Under the pieces are notes generated by a model. The model made no database searches. It saw nothing but the letters and a program-made list of their open reading frames with translations, and was not told the DNA's origin. Source: Chrysomallon squamiferum (Eukaryota > Animalia > Mollusca). From it: a DNA stretch of 64,000 nt. The DNA is taken from contig CM022669.1 of the NCBI GenBank assembly GCA_012295275.1, positions 16,430,001-16,494,000 of the forward strand, given 5' to 3'. Position 1 is the first letter of the stretch; each line of letters starts with the position of its first letter. Below, one piece after another: positions 41,164-55,971 of the stretch. The translations under genes were made by a program, and so were the position numbers.

Positions 41164-44100
41164 TTAACACAACTGTAAATACTTTAACACAAATAATATA
41201 TAATTTAACATAACAGTTTTTGTTATAAGACTAACATTAACACGTACTCGATTAGAATAACAAACAGTTTAACAAGATTAATATTCTAACACAGTAATAA
41301 TTACTCATATTAAATATTATAGAACAAAAACAAATACGGTAATACAACAACAACCTAACAACAAGCTACCAATGTATTGCCCAAAAACCAATCTTCCTGG
41401 ATTATACATAAAAGACATGCACGAATGATATTATCACCGGATAAAAGCGAGTTTCAAACAAGCAATGAGTTGGACGTGTACTAATTACAAATACCGCATA
41501 CAATAATAATAATCTTAGCAATTTGTCGTTCATCTCCGTTTGTCCTCGCGCGTCAGTCCGTTCTCAGCAGTGTCGGTATAATGTTCCGACAGCTGCATTG
41601 TTGAAAAGGAACAAGAGATGCTGTCAGCTTTGCAAGAACATTATTCAAAGTCTTTCCTGTTTTGTTTAATCCCATCATCTGTCATCTCTCTCTCTCTCTC
41701 TCTCTCTCTAAATCGAGTGCAAACGTAATCTGAAACTAAGTCAAATCACAGATCATGTTTTTTTTCTTTCTTCTTCTTCTTCTTCTTCTTCTTCTTCCTT
41801 TTTAATGGATTGGAATTTTGGTCTCATATCTTCATTTTATGCATGCAGATTATTATGGTTTTCACAGATCGTATAATGTTATCCATATATCCTACATATC
41901 TATATCGAACATATCTATATCGAACTTATAATTATAGCACTTTTTATTACTACTACTACTACTACTATTACTGCTGCTACTCTACTGCATTTATCATTAT
42001 TATTAATAATTTTTAAATTGTTTTGTATTTATTTTACCTTAAATGTTATAACAGCATAATGACGTAGAACTTTATTTATTTATTTATTTATTTATTTCAA
42101 TCTGTCCTTCTCTATCCGTGCAAATCGCCAATTTTTGCTAATATTCAGAAGACATTTCCTTTTTATATAAAACATCAAATTTGCTCGGGCAACTATATTA
42201 GCAAATCGATATTTTTTAAATGCATTTTATCTTTTCTGATTTTTTTTTTTTTTTTTTTTTTTTTTAATAATTTTATTCATCTTCTTCTTTACTTCCTATT
42301 TATTTTTATTTAATTTTTTTCCCCTTCATCTCTTGTTCTTTTTTTTTAAATTTTTATTTCATACGCACATGTGCAAATGTCAAACCATGCAGTGCGATCC
42401 TTCATCTGCCGCTGTTTCCATCAGTGATTTGTATCAGCACAGTGCAAGTTTCCAATTACCGCATCTTCGCCTCCAGTCACTGACAGTAATTTTTATCTTT
42501 CGGTCAGTTGGTTTCCAGCAGTGAGAATTAGACGATTATTTGACTTACACAGAGATCAAACCTGTCACGACAAAACTCTGTCTGGACAAGAATACCTCCG
42601 ATTGTCAGTTCTACGTTTTATTTAATTTAATTTCTTTCTATATTATTTTTTTTTTTTTTTTTTTCCTCTTCTCTTTTGTTACTTGATTCTTTCACTCTTT
42701 CTTTCTTAATGTCTACCTTTCTGTCTTTTTCTGTTAGTTATCTGTTTATCTCTCTGTCTATCTATCTATCTTTCCCTATATATATATATATGTCTGTCTG
42801 TCTGTCTATATATCTATCTATCTATCTATATAGCTATCTTGCTATCTGTCTATATGTTTGTCTGTCTAACTCCATCTATAACTATACGTTTCTTATTCTG
42901 TATACCTTTATAATCACTCCTTCGGTCTGCCTTTCTCTCTACATATCTATCTATCTATCTATCTATCTATCTAATCTTAACTGTTTAACTTTCTTCTTTT
43001 TTTAAAAATTTCATGTCTTCTCTTCTTCCTACCTTTCATACTGTTGCTTTCTTCCTGGCTGTTTTTCTCTTTCTTTATTTCCTTCTTTCTTTTTATCACT
43101 ATTGGTAACGCTGCAACTGTTGATGTTATTGCCTAAACATTTGTTAAAGCGAATCTTTGCCAAAACACTGAACACTTCCAGTTTACTGGACTGCAGAAAA
43201 GTTCAGTGATAAAATAAACAGATCCAAGCGGACTTTTTTTGTTGTTTTTTACTGCTTCGTCGTGATCGCCAAAGGCTAAGACAACTTTTACAATAATTAA
43301 CCCGATCTGTTATTCAAAGTGCGTTTTTCTTTGTTTGTCTGTTTGTTAATTTGTTTTATTCTTGTTTCTTTCTCTTTTTCTTTTTTGTTTTATTTGTTTC
43401 TTTGTTTCTCAACATTTCTTTGAATAAAATGACGTGGTGTTTAAAAGAAAATTATCACCACCCATGCACTGAGAGCATCTTGTTACTGAATTACCAACAA
43501 CTGTTATTATCAGTTGAAACCAGACAAAACAGTCACAGCGAAGAATATAAAAGACTGTCTTTTTCAAAGCTCTCATGTTTGTTATTTACGTTTTCTTTCT
43601 ATTAACTTTTCTGGTTTCCTATCGTCTATTTCGATTGATAAATTACTGAAAATTATTGAAACCTTATTCAAAAAAAAAAAAAAAAAATAAAATAAAATTT
43701 ATACACTTTTCATGAGTTTCATTTTTGAAGGCGATAAAGTTAACTAAACTAAAAATAACTTTGTATAAGTGTTCCTGTACTGTAGACGCAACACTAAGTC
43801 AGTTCTGCTAGGTTCCAAGTGAATGGTTCATTTATTACTGGAGCTTACATTTTCCTAATAATAAAGTATCATAATAATAATAAATGGAGCGAATTCGCAA
43901 AGTTTATGTAAATGCTATTCTATTAAAGATAAATAATATTATATCATATAACTATAACTAGTGATAGTAATAATAATAACAATAGTAAGAGTGTCAAATG
44001 CAGCAGCAGAAGTAGTAGTAGTAGCAGGAACAACAGAGGTAGACGGTATTATAATTTGTATTCCAAACTTTGTTATAAGAAATTGTTTCAGCACTTAGAG

Positions 44101-45675
44101 AACAATCTAAAGCTCAATCGTTAGATTTCAGTCAGCGAACCCAATGGATATTTCCCGTTCCATCCTTGTCCTCTGACTGATTTACCAAAAGCTAATCTCT
44201 GCTAAAGATGCGAGACATTTAGCTCATGAATGATACTAAACATCGAGTACTGGTAGTGAACATTGTGTCTCATATCATTATAATTATCATTAGTTATTAT
44301 AAAAGTTCAGTCTCTTGTATCGTTGCAATATATTAACTTTATTTAGCATCGATACGACAGACTGAATTTTGAGATATTAAATTTATAGTTAGACCACTAA
44401 GAATGATTATTTAAAGGGAATAAACCTGTATAATTAATGTTGATAGCAGTTATCGTCAGCCCGCGATCCCGTTTTCTTCAAGTCTTAAGACCAATACACT
44501 TAACCTCTGCACATCAGGAGTTATTTATGTTTATCAATACATCACACCGTTGTTTCCTAACGTAGGTTAGTGGCCAAGCCGTACTTCAGTGACCATCGCT
44601 GTTCTAAGTTGATTATCAGATCCAGCCGCCGGTGTTAACAGAATTTGAGTCAAGATAGAAGGTAAACACGACCAGCTAATTGACTGTTGAACAAAAATTC
44701 ATCTGAGTAATTCTTTAAACTCTTTCACTATAGGTGTGAGAATTAGCCTAGTTTCCAAATCAATGGATTCATTTAGGTCAATTTGTTGGATTTCTTCTTC
44801 TTTTTTTTAACAGTTTTTGTTATCTCGAGGTTTATTAGAAGTTGATAGTCAATGATTTAAACACAAACACATACAATAACAAACAAAAAATATGCGTACA
44901 AACTCACAGATACAGGCATAGAGATGCAGATACACAAACACGTAATGACTGTTAATAACAAACCAATAATACTGACATCTACTTTGTTATTAAACTGTAA
45001 TATAATTAATGCTGTATTATTAAATTGACCTTTTGCTGTTACTGCTGTTTCTGCTACTGCTACTGCTGCTACTGCTACTACTACAACTACTACTATTCCT
45101 GTTTCTACTATTACTTCTACTTACTGGCAACTATTAATGCTTGTGTAATTGTCACCATTATACTACTTTACATCCATAACGAAAATTTATTTCATATGGA
45201 AAGTCATATCCTTACAAACACTGACACCCCCTTTTTTCGGAATCCCTAGATAACCCATCTAATTTATCTTCCTGAGATCGACTTTAAAACCACAGTCGAA
45301 AAAAAGAATCTTGAAGAGGTTTAATTCCACCGGTTCAGACACTCTAAATACGGACAAAATTTTTAAACCAGCTTTGGCCCCCGGGACGTGTTGAATTAAA
45401 GAGAGTTTGCTTAGGTTACTGGAGTCTTGCTGTTTCATCATCCTCGTTTTCTGTCTTCATTTGTCAAAGACTTTGTAATGGGAACACCGAGTAGGTACGC
45501 TGGGATTATGCTGGACATATTTTTATTACTTAAACAGTGTACGGAATCCTGGTGTTTTACAGTAAGAAATGCACTGTCTGTTTGCATTGTCATTCCTTTG
45601 TGCTTCCTTGCGCTTTCCGTAGGCAAACAGTCAGAGGTAAAACAGACAGAGAAACAAATAGACAGACAGACAGAT

Positions 45676-45716
<41 letters not shown>

Positions 45717-45795
45717 CATAGATAGAGAGATAGATAGAGAGATAGACAGACATACAGACAGACAGACATACATATACTCGTAGATACTGATAATA

Positions 45796-45836
<41 letters not shown>

Positions 45837-46451
45837 AGAGAGAAATATATATAACACTCATGAAGAAAACAGAGACTGATATAGAGAGAAAGAAAGTCAA
45901 AGAGACTAAAGCAGACAGAAAGAAAACATTAATAAAAGATAAAAACAAAGAGGAAACTAAAGAAGAAGAATTGATAATCAAATGCTACAATAAATATACA
46001 ACCAGTCAAAATCCAGATTTAGTTTAAATTCCACTTTTTACAATTTAATTGACTGCACATTTACCTTTAGACTAATTATTATAGTCTGATCTGCTTCTTG
46101 ATTTACATTCATTGTTCTGTGTCTTTCTGTCAGTTCTTAAAGTTATATAATATTCATTACAACAATACTGACCAACAATAGTTATGAAGATAATATTCCA
46201 GTACATGCACGAACAATGGTGTCATTACACATATGGGCTGATAATAATTAACTGGAAAAGGATAGAGCAGTGTAATGTTATATATATATAACATTAAAGA
46301 CAATAATAAACATATATTTATCTGGCAGTCTCTATAAACACTGGCAAGATATGATGACTAGATAAATTTCCATTTTCCGTTACGAACAAACATTATAGCA
46401 TTTTGGAGGAAATATTTTTGCTTTGATAAATTTGCTTGTTATTCACACACA

Positions 46452-46492
<41 letters not shown>

Positions 46493-46599
46493 TCTGAAAA
46501 AACATACACACAGACCGAGGGAGGAAGATAGGTAGATTATACATACAGATAGACAGACACACAGAAAGTGACAGATCAGCAGGACACGCAGATAACACA

Positions 46600-47160
46600 T
46601 AAAGTGTCAAAAGTTCAGAAGCAGATCGGGATTCTGATTGTCTCCACTGAGATTATCACCACGTAGCCGCTGTCGGCTCGATGTGGACGTCTCTTTGTGA
46701 CGGGCAGCGTCCACTCGGCAAGACGTCAACGTTTCAGAAGCCAGCACGTCACAAGACGGACGGACGGTCGGTCGTTGAAAGTCCTTGCTTTATGACCTGG
46801 CCAATCTTAAATAGGACATTATGGAACGTAATTGTTCTTGACCATTATCTGGCAGACGTGCCTCTAGGGGAAAAAGTTCCAATATCTTCATTTGTCTCAT
46901 GCATTAATGTGAATCGTTAACAGTTTGAGGACGGTTCACAAACGTGATTTCGTAGATCACTGTTCAGTAATTATATAGCACACGTACAGGAGTTTTGAAG
47001 GTTAAGTAATACTGTTATGAGAAGTCGTTGTTTTGTGTGTGACTGTCGTTGTCGTTATTGCAGCCTCGGGCAGGGAAGGCGCCAGACTATTCTGAGTGAG
47101 TCCTCGGCAAGGCCACCCACATGTACGCCCCACCCCCACCAGAAAAGATTAAATTGCCGG
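46600..47160 (-). promoter_or_regulatory. CpG/GC-rich island, candidate promoter and non-coding first exon (possibly of the GPCR)
   Basis: Local CpG enrichment; ggccaatc (CCAAT) at ~46799; minus-strand TATTTAA at ~46807-46813; CACCC/GC-box-like cgccccacccccacc at ~47125-47140. No convincing ORF. Confidence 0.3.
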
Positions 47161-48597
47161 TTTTCATTATATTTTTTTGGAATTATGTTTTGCAGAAAAA
47201 CAAAAAAACAAAATAAAATAAAATAAAATAAAATAAATAAAGTAAAATAATGATGATGATAATAATAATAATAATGATAAAGTTAGATTTGTTTTAAATT
47301 GCAAGAAAAAGTACTATAAGATGCCGACAGCACCATTATTACGGACACAACTTCCAGTTAATACGGCAGTAGTTCTGAAAACAAAACTCTGTGGCCAATG
47401 TCGTCACATATCGTTTGCAATGCAAAATAAAGAAACCAATCCCTTCATTAATATTAGAATGGAAATTACAGACAAACAAAACAGTTTTTGGTTTGAGCAA
47501 AACGTTTTATGTATGTGTATATGTATGTATGTATCATGTGTGTGTGTATGTATATGATATGTGTATGTGTGTCTGTGTGTATATGTGTCTATGTATATAT
47601 GTGTCTATGTATATATGTATATTGCTATATATATTGTTTGTACTAGGCGTGTTCTTTCTCCTGAGATGTATGTCTTTTTAAAAACAAAACAAAACAATCA
47701 ATAAAAACAATCCTCAGGATTATTGAGGAGAATAAATGGAATGACTTGCAGCAGGAACTGACGGAAACTAGAACCACACAAAAGTGCTCCGTCATTATTC
47801 ACTTACGTCTCCCAGTTCAATACAGTCAAGCCACACACGCTCTGGGCTGACTTGTTATCACCACAGACTTGGGAATCTGAAACACTGCAACGCAGCGAAA
47901 TTTTCTATCATGTCCCAGACTCCGTCGACAGACAGTGTGAAAATAATGACGACAGGAGCAGGTGAAGATTTAGCTAAGAGAAAATTGACTGCAGCTCAAC
48001 ATCATTGCGATATCCATTGACAACGATGTCACAGCTTTTATTATCTGCGTCCACGAATAGAACAAGAGCAGAAGAAGACATTTTTAATACAGTCGTTTTG
48101 AAAGAAAATGTCCTTAATACAATCCTTCTGCAAGAAACAACCGCTAAAACATGGCATTTCGCTTGAAAGCTTTTTCGTCCGCGGACGGTTGGATTGTCAC
48201 TTAAACAAAGTGCTTTTCTGCGCGAAAGCCTCTGTTTATCTTGTTCACAATGTCGTAATGATCATTTTAAGATCTAAATTGGCCTCAAACGTTTTGTTTG
48301 TGTCGCATGTATTTCACAGAAGTGAGCGAAGTTCAGTGTGAGTACTGGGTCATATTCGGTAAACGTTATCGTAAGTATCTGTGCGAGTACTGAAGAGTGA
48401 CATCTGTTTAGAGATGCACTGAGTTAACTTCTCCGAACGCGGCTATATATGGATACAAATAAATTGAATTCGCTGTAACAGTACTTTAACTTCCTAATAA
48501 AGTTTGATGAAGTCAGGTAAGAAAGATATTTTCCGGTTAATCAAAAAATAGACTTTTGCAAGCACGATTTCCACAGATTATCTGACCGAAGCGAAAA

Positions 48598-48642
<45 letters not shown>

Positions 48643-49333
48643 AAAATTTAATAACTTAGTCAGATTTCGCCACACTTCTCGAAATTTCGAGACTTCTGCA
48701 AACTCCAGTTCTTTCAGTCTATGGGAAGGTGCACATAACGAAGCCTTTGCAGCTAATCAGTAATGTCGTCCTGTATCCTGGCTATAGCGAGATTCCTTTC
48801 TCGTTAGATTCCGTGTACAAGCCGCAAAATACACTTTAATGGACCGTTACATTAACACATGTTGAATTTTTAAACATTTCTTTCATCTCTCCACATCAAT
48901 TGGAAACCATTACTCCTCGACGATTAACTAAATTTTTAAAGATATTTTTACATTTGTTGAATATTGAATTACATGGCATTTCTATGCTTCACTCTACCTA
49001 GATGTCACTGAGACCCAATTAAAGGATAGTTTCAATATGTTAAAATGGCAAGAACTGTCTAAAGATGACTTACACATTCAAGTCACGCAAGAAGCAGTTG
49101 AGTAGTTCTGGCTTTCAGACAGAATCAAATGTGGATACCATAAAACGTAATTTTAAGTCTCATGACATTTAACATGCTTCACCATACCTGAGTAAATCTT
49201 AACAATTGTAATTATAGTTGGTCGTATACTAACATACACACACACACACACATATATATACACACACAGACATACACAAACATATATATATATGTGTGTG
49301 TGTGCGTGTTTGTGTGTTTATATATATATATAT

Positions 49334-49381
<48 letters not shown>

Positions 49382-49620
49382 GTGTATACATAATGCAACT
49401 GTATAGCAATCTCGTGGTATCATTTTTAGAAACATGGATGCCGTATGTTGAACATGCATAATTATATCTATATAACTGAAATGTTTCAGAAGAAATTGTA
49501 ATCTACACCTCTTTCTTCAGTTACTGTTTTTATTATTTATTTTTCTTTAACGTGTTCAGTGACAAGTTCGTCTTAGTGCTATCAAAATGCCCCCTTTACG
49601 TGGTTAACTAGAATTGATTT

Positions 49621-49656
<36 letters not shown>

Positions 49657-51149
49657 TTTTCGTGGGTTTACTGAATACGATTATTTGCCAGATCTGTGCC
49701 AGCTATTTTCGCCATTGAACGCCTTACTTTATTCAACGAATTCGTTCACGGACATAATTACGACATCATGCCAAATTAAAAGTTCACTTGAACTGTACGT
49801 CCAGCTATTTCTCAATATATTTGATAGTGGGCCACATCTAATTGAAACTAATCCGCAAAGTCGTGTATAGATTATTAAGAAACTGGTTCTGCAATTTGTC
49901 AGGATTTCCTCAGACCTGCCGCTGCCAATTGCCTGCAGAAAATGGCACTTGGTAATCCCCGATATTAAAGGAACGATCAAACGAAGCGATTTCTTTCAAC
50001 GAATTCCATTATCGTGTAATTACGTGATTTCAGAGACTTTGTAATACCTTTGAGTTAGAACTGAAGCAAACTTTTGTTTTCGTTTTCTTCTTTTGTTAAA
50101 AAGATTTTGAGAAAAAAAAAAAACCCCAGAAAACAGAAAAGAAAATGAATAAGCAATCTTTACCTCTAGCTATAAAGACTATTACAACAAGTTCTCCTGC
50201 TATTAGCACGCCAACAATATTAGTCCTGAAATACATACTGTTGCCATTACAGTTACAACTACCATCACTGTCACACAGACTATTATTCACTTACGTACTT
50301 ATTTATTACTGCTTTTACAGTATCCACCAACACTAATGCTACTATTATTGTTGCTTCTCCTAATGCTATCACTGCTGCTACTACTATTATTACTAATACT
50401 TTTACTATCATTACCAGAACTACCACTACAGCTAACACCACCACTATCAATAGTACTACTACTATTACTACTACTGATGCTGCTGTTGCTGCTACTACTA
50501 CTACTTTTACTACTACAACTACTATATATATTCAATAATAAACAATTATATACAATAATCACATTACCCCAAATACAGAAAATAGGTAAGAAGTGCCAGT
50601 TGGCCTTATTCATTTACCAAAGCCAGTAACTTTAATAATTATTAAAAAAATTGGGCTAGTAAATATTGGAACAATAATTTAACGTGAGCACGTTTTTAAC
50701 GACAATGTTCTGTTATCTAGTTAATTTTTGTCTTAAATAAATAAATAAATCAATTACATACTCATCTGGTTTACAGGCCACATTGGAATTTTGCTAAATT
50801 CGTTCTAGAAGAAGTCCCATGCGAGTAATTCTTACAACAAACATATTAGTTACAAGAATTTTTATTTATTTCATTCTATATACACTGGTTCCGATGTCTT
50901 CAAATGGGTCCAGTTATCGTAGTATAGGCGTCAATATACTGCAAAATAATACAATATTATAGAACTATTAAAAACAACTGTATTTATTACATACACAGAA
51001 TCGCACTGATTAAAAAGCAGTAATGACGTATCTTCACCAGAGCATTATTCTGACTAGAATAAAAACTGACTTGGTAATGTATCGAAGCGAAATAACAGTA
51101 ACTTCTGAACAGAATATCAAAGCATTAACAAAATCTTATTTCCACAGAA

Positions 51150-51275
51150 AACATTAAGACCGTTCTCAAAATACATTAAAGTTGTTCCAATTTCATTCAA
51201 ACTGTTCCCATTACATTAACATTGTTCCCGTTATAGTAAGATTATTTACACTGTATTAAGGTCGTTCCCTCTGTA
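51150..51275 (+). repeat. Degenerate ~20-bp minisatellite
   Basis: tacattaagattgttccca-like unit repeated about 6 times. Confidence 0.6.
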
Positions 51276-51667
51276 TTTCAGATCGAGTTAGAACATTTTT
51301 CAAAAGTATTCCCTATGGCCCGAGTGCATTTAAGTACTGTTCGAGTTAGAGAGAGTTCATTACAATGTAAAAATTTGATATTAGACATTTAGTTCAAACT
51401 AGCTGACTGAGAGAGTCGATCCTTCCATTCAGCGGTCTGAAGATCGTTCAGATTGGTTCTTTAATTATATTTTCGGCTCCGTACAAGCAGTCCAGTGACC
51501 TAGCTAGAAGTGACGAGTAAATGGTGATTACTTGCTGTACAAAATGAAATTGTTACGTCCCGCGGGAAATAACATCACAGCTGTAGATCACTGGATGATG
51601 AAATTAAGTCACTTTCAATTCACAATTTGAAATATTTGAAAAACAGTAATTATATAAATATCTAAGT

Positions 51668-51811
<144 letters not shown>

Positions 51812-51830
51812 CCCAGGAAGTTATCACAAA

Positions 51831-52043
51831 CAAACTTACACACAGAAGCTCTTTACGTTTATGTATAAATATTTTGAATACAGCTAGAGTTTCTAAAAAT
51901 TGCACTAGAAATTCCGTAATTCTCAATGAAACAGAAATAATACTTCATTTTATTTTTTTCCATAAATGGAAACTTATAATAACAAGTCAGATATTTTGGA
52001 GAAAACGTTAATGTATATGCCATACAAAAGCCCTACATTTATT
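51831..52043. repeat. Unclassified ~200-bp dispersed repeat, copy B
   Basis: Same orientation as 9636-9829. Flanked on both sides by long (CT)n tracts. Confidence 0.85.
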
Positions 52044-52045
52044 AT

Positions 52046-52208
<163 letters not shown>

Positions 52209-52467
52209 ATCTCTCTCTCTGAGTGTAGTATAGTTAGTTATGTAAATATACATAGATATAGGTAGGTAGGTAGATAGACAGATAGATTGATAGATGGTTA
52301 GGTACAAAGGTACATAGGTAGATTGAAAGACAGAGATACAGACAAACAGAGAGACAGATATGGATATAAAAGATAAAAAGAAAGAGAATGTGAAACTATT
52401 AATAAAAAGGTAGGCGGACAATTAGATACATCGAAAGCAATGAATATTTCTTTGTTTCGTGATTATT

Positions 52468-52473
52468 TTTATT
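52468..52473 (-). terminator. Candidate polyadenylation signal of the GM2A-like gene
   Basis: Minus-strand AATAAA about 42 nt after the TGA stop. Confidence 0.5.
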
Positions 52474-52514
52474 TTTCTTGCTGTTTCTCTAGACATAGTG
52501 AAATATCTTCAACG

Positions 52515-52631
52515 TCAGCGACCGCATGTCCATCCCACACACTGATGCTTGAGGGCAACGTCAAAGGTCAAACAGCCGTATAGCTCTCCCGAATCTTGAT
52601 TTAGGAATCTTACTTCAATTGTGTAGTCACC
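52515..52631 (-). CDS. GM2-activator-like ML-domain protein, coding exon 4 (last)
   Basis: Acceptor tttttaactatag|GGT, phase 0. Encodes GDYTIEVRFLNQDSGELYGCLTFDVALKHQCVGWTCGR*, matching the GM2A C-terminal G(N/D)Y...LGC strands. Confidence 0.9.
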   Translation of the reverse strand, partial: GDYTIEVRFLNQDSGELYGCLTFDVALKHQCVGWTCGR

Positions 52632-52885
52632 CTATAGTTAAAAAGAAATATATAATAATAATAAATAAAATAAATAAAATAAATGAATAAATAAATAAAT
52701 GAATAAATAAATAAATAAATAAATGAATGAATAAATAAATAAATAAACAAACAACCAAATAAATAAATAAATAAAATGATAAATAAAATAAGCATGAAAT
52801 TCACAAAATTTAATAAACGTTCAATTCGGACTGTTGTAAATTTAGGGGGAAAAGACGGCGAAAAGTTTCTTCTTCTTGTTGTTGT

Positions 52886-52921
<36 letters not shown>

Positions 52922-52984
52922 CTTCTTCTTCTTCTTCTTCTTCTTCTTCTTCTTCTTCTTCTTCTTCTTCTTCTTCTTCTTCTT

Positions 52985-53015
<31 letters not shown>

Positions 53016-53152
53016 TTATTATTATTATTGTTATTAAATAAGCATTAGCTGTCACTGAAAAGGGAGGCAGGCGACAATTTCTCCTATACATCTCGAATAC
53101 ACTGCTAATCAGATAATATTAATTTCACATAAGAAGAAAGAAACAAACTCAC

Positions 53153-53354
53153 ATCAGCCATAAGACCGGCGAGCGAACCCATGGACGGCAGATTGATTGT
53201 GGCCTCTCTGATATCGAGAGTCTGTGCTGGAACGGGACATGTGTACGTGAAGCTGTGATCGTGGAACAACTTCTGGATCTGTCTAGCAACGTCTTGTTCA
53301 GCTGTGCTGCTTGCACTAAGCATCTCACTCATCACAGTACAACCATCGTGAGTG
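53153..53354 (-). CDS. GM2-activator-like ML-domain protein, coding exon 3
   Basis: Acceptor ttttgtattcgccag|C (phase 2, completes TG|C Cys); donor GAT|gtgagt (phase 0). Encodes (C)THDGCTVMSEMLSASSTAEQDVARQIQKLFHDHSFTYTCPVPAQTLDIREATINLPSMGSLAGLMAD. Confidence 0.9.
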
Positions 53355-53427
53355 CTGGCGAATACAAAATCATTGTACAATACAGAGTGAAGATTACAGT
53401 GTAGAACTGTTATACTGTCATCGTTAC

Positions 53428-53460
<33 letters not shown>

Positions 53461-53653
53461 TATTATTATTATTATTATTATTGTTATCGTTGTTGTTGTT
53501 ATTACTATTGTTGTTGTTGTTGCTGTTGTTGTTATTATTTTTGTTGTTATTGTTATTGTTGTTGTTGTAATAGCAAAAGTAGAAATTACGGTTTTATTAG
53601 TATCAGTACATAAAACTGTAGGTTAGTAGTATTAGTGATAGTAGTAGTAGTGA

Positions 53654-53708
<55 letters not shown>

Positions 53709-53857
53709 TTCAGTGGTGTAATAGTAATAGCAGTAGCAGCAGCAGCAGCAATAACATTATTATAGTAATAATCGAAATAATACGAACATATGCAGATAAA
53801 ATTGCCGTAAAGGTATCAGTAAAATTAATTGAATATTATTAATATTATAAATATTAT

Positions 53858-53914
<57 letters not shown>

Positions 53915-54011
53915 CAGAAGTAGTAGTAGTAGTAGGGTAGGAGTAGGAGAAGAGCAGCATTAATAATAAAAAACAACAACAACAACAACAACAACAATAA
54001 TAATAATAATA

Positions 54012-54044
<33 letters not shown>

Positions 54045-55579
54045 ATGATAAGAGAAGAAGAAGAAAAAGCCAATAAATCAATAAATAAGGAAAGCTCTCA
54101 TTTACTTGTCACTTTAACAATACGGTGACGTAAACAGTACTTTGACGTCATAATGGTGAGCGTAGCATGTGGTGTCAGAGAACTTGAGGTGTTTGTCAGC
54201 CTGGAATATCTACCCAGAGGTATTTAACTTGTATGTAATAACAGCAATATTAATAAAAATGTTCTATAATTTGCAATAGGATTCAGTTTAATATTAGATA
54301 AATAACGTTTTACTTGTTTTACTTATATTCGGTACTTTTTTCTTATAATCTTCATTATTTTACAGCCGTTCTTTATTTTGTAATGATACTCTTATTTATT
54401 TGTTTATTCGTTGCTGTTGCAGTTTATTCGTTTAGTCAGATTTGTTTTTCTGACGAATTTTTGTTCATTTATTCGTTATTTCTTTCTTTTCACTATTTTA
54501 TTTGTTCGCTTATTATTTAAGTAGTTTGCTTTATTTCATTTTATTTTTGTTGTTACTTTTTCTACAGGAGTCTTCTATGTTTGTTTAAAATGAAAATGTC
54601 TTAAGTTCTCCGGTTATGAGTGTTCGTCCATCCATATGTTTAATATTGTCTTAATCACCCACCCGCTCTCCCTGTCTGCCTCCCATCCCTCTCTCCCTCC
54701 CCTCTCAACCTTTCCCTCCCTCTCTTTGTCTCTGTTTGATTTCAGTATTTTACTGATTGGTTTTGCTTCCGTATTAATGCAACGTAGCCCAGGGAAAACA
54801 TTAGCATTTAACAGGGAGTAAAGAAAAACGTAAAGAAAAAAACTTTTCAACGTCAGAAATTAGTTGAGAACATTCATGCAAAATAATCACGTAGTGAAAC
54901 AGTACGCGACCGGTGAAAAGGAAAATGCATTCGACGGATCGACACATCGACCTGTTCTGATTAACTAATGCACGTCACACGTGTCTGAACGTGCAGACTG
55001 GTTTCTTTCTTCTGCAAGTGCGAGGATTTTCAAGCTGTTTTATTTATTTATTTATTTATTTATATTTTAATTAATTATATTTTTTAATTTGTATTTTATA
55101 TTATTTCATTTTTTAATTTGTATTTTATTTATTTTATTTTATTTTATTTTATTTTGATTAATTATTTTATTTATTTAATTTTATTTATTTATTAATTTAA
55201 TTATATTTTATTTATTTATTTACTTATTTATTTATTTATTTAGTTAGTTATACTTTTATTTATACTAATTTAGTTTTATTTATTTATTCATTTATTCATT
55301 AATATTGTTATTGTTATTATTCTTTGTTGATACTATTGTTATTACTATAACAAGTACTGCTATTAACAATGCTGCTGTTCCCACTTCTAGTACTCTACTG
55401 CAACAGCAACAACTACTACCACATTATTACTAGTGGCAGCAGCATTCATAGTAGTAATAATATTTTAATTAAACATAACTGCCTGTAACATTTTTGAGCG
55501 TAGTAAAATTTAAAAAAAATAAATAAAAAATAGAAATCCAACTGAGCGAAAGAAGAATAAAATGTTATGAGTTAAGTTG

Positions 55580-55708
<129 letters not shown>

Positions 55709-55760
55709 GTTCTAGAGCGAGCTATGGACCATTAATATAATGTACAAATTGTTACCCTAC

Positions 55761-55971
55761 CAAGATCCTTGTTTGGAGCCCTCGATTTCCTGACACGGTA
55801 TGTGAATGTTACTAAGGAAAGTGTGGCGGGTGATGTCCAGTTTAAGTTGGAATTTTGAAATAGGTCTGGTTATCTCAGCCTTTGCGTGTAGATGAAGTTT
55901 GCCTGGGTTTACCACGGGAACCGGATGAACAGTGATCTCTTTGAACTGAACGGGCCTGTTTGGATCGGCAT
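55761..55971 (-). CDS. GM2-activator-like ML-domain protein, coding exon 2
   Basis: Acceptor tgtatttag|AT (phase 1), donor TG|gtaggg (phase 2), 211 nt open. Encodes (D)ADPNRPVQFKEITVHPVPVVNPGKLHLHAKAEITRPISKFQLKLDITRHTFLSNIHIPCQEIEGSKQGS(C), with GM2A hallmarks PxPxxxPG and IPC...GSC. Confidence 0.9.

Noticed and set aside
48676-48692. Heat-shock element TTCnnGAAnnTTC overlapping a 16-bp palindrome; also the 16-bp palindrome at 20389-20404
   Set aside because: About one or a few such matches are expected by chance in 64 kb of AT-rich DNA, and neither is near a supported TSS.
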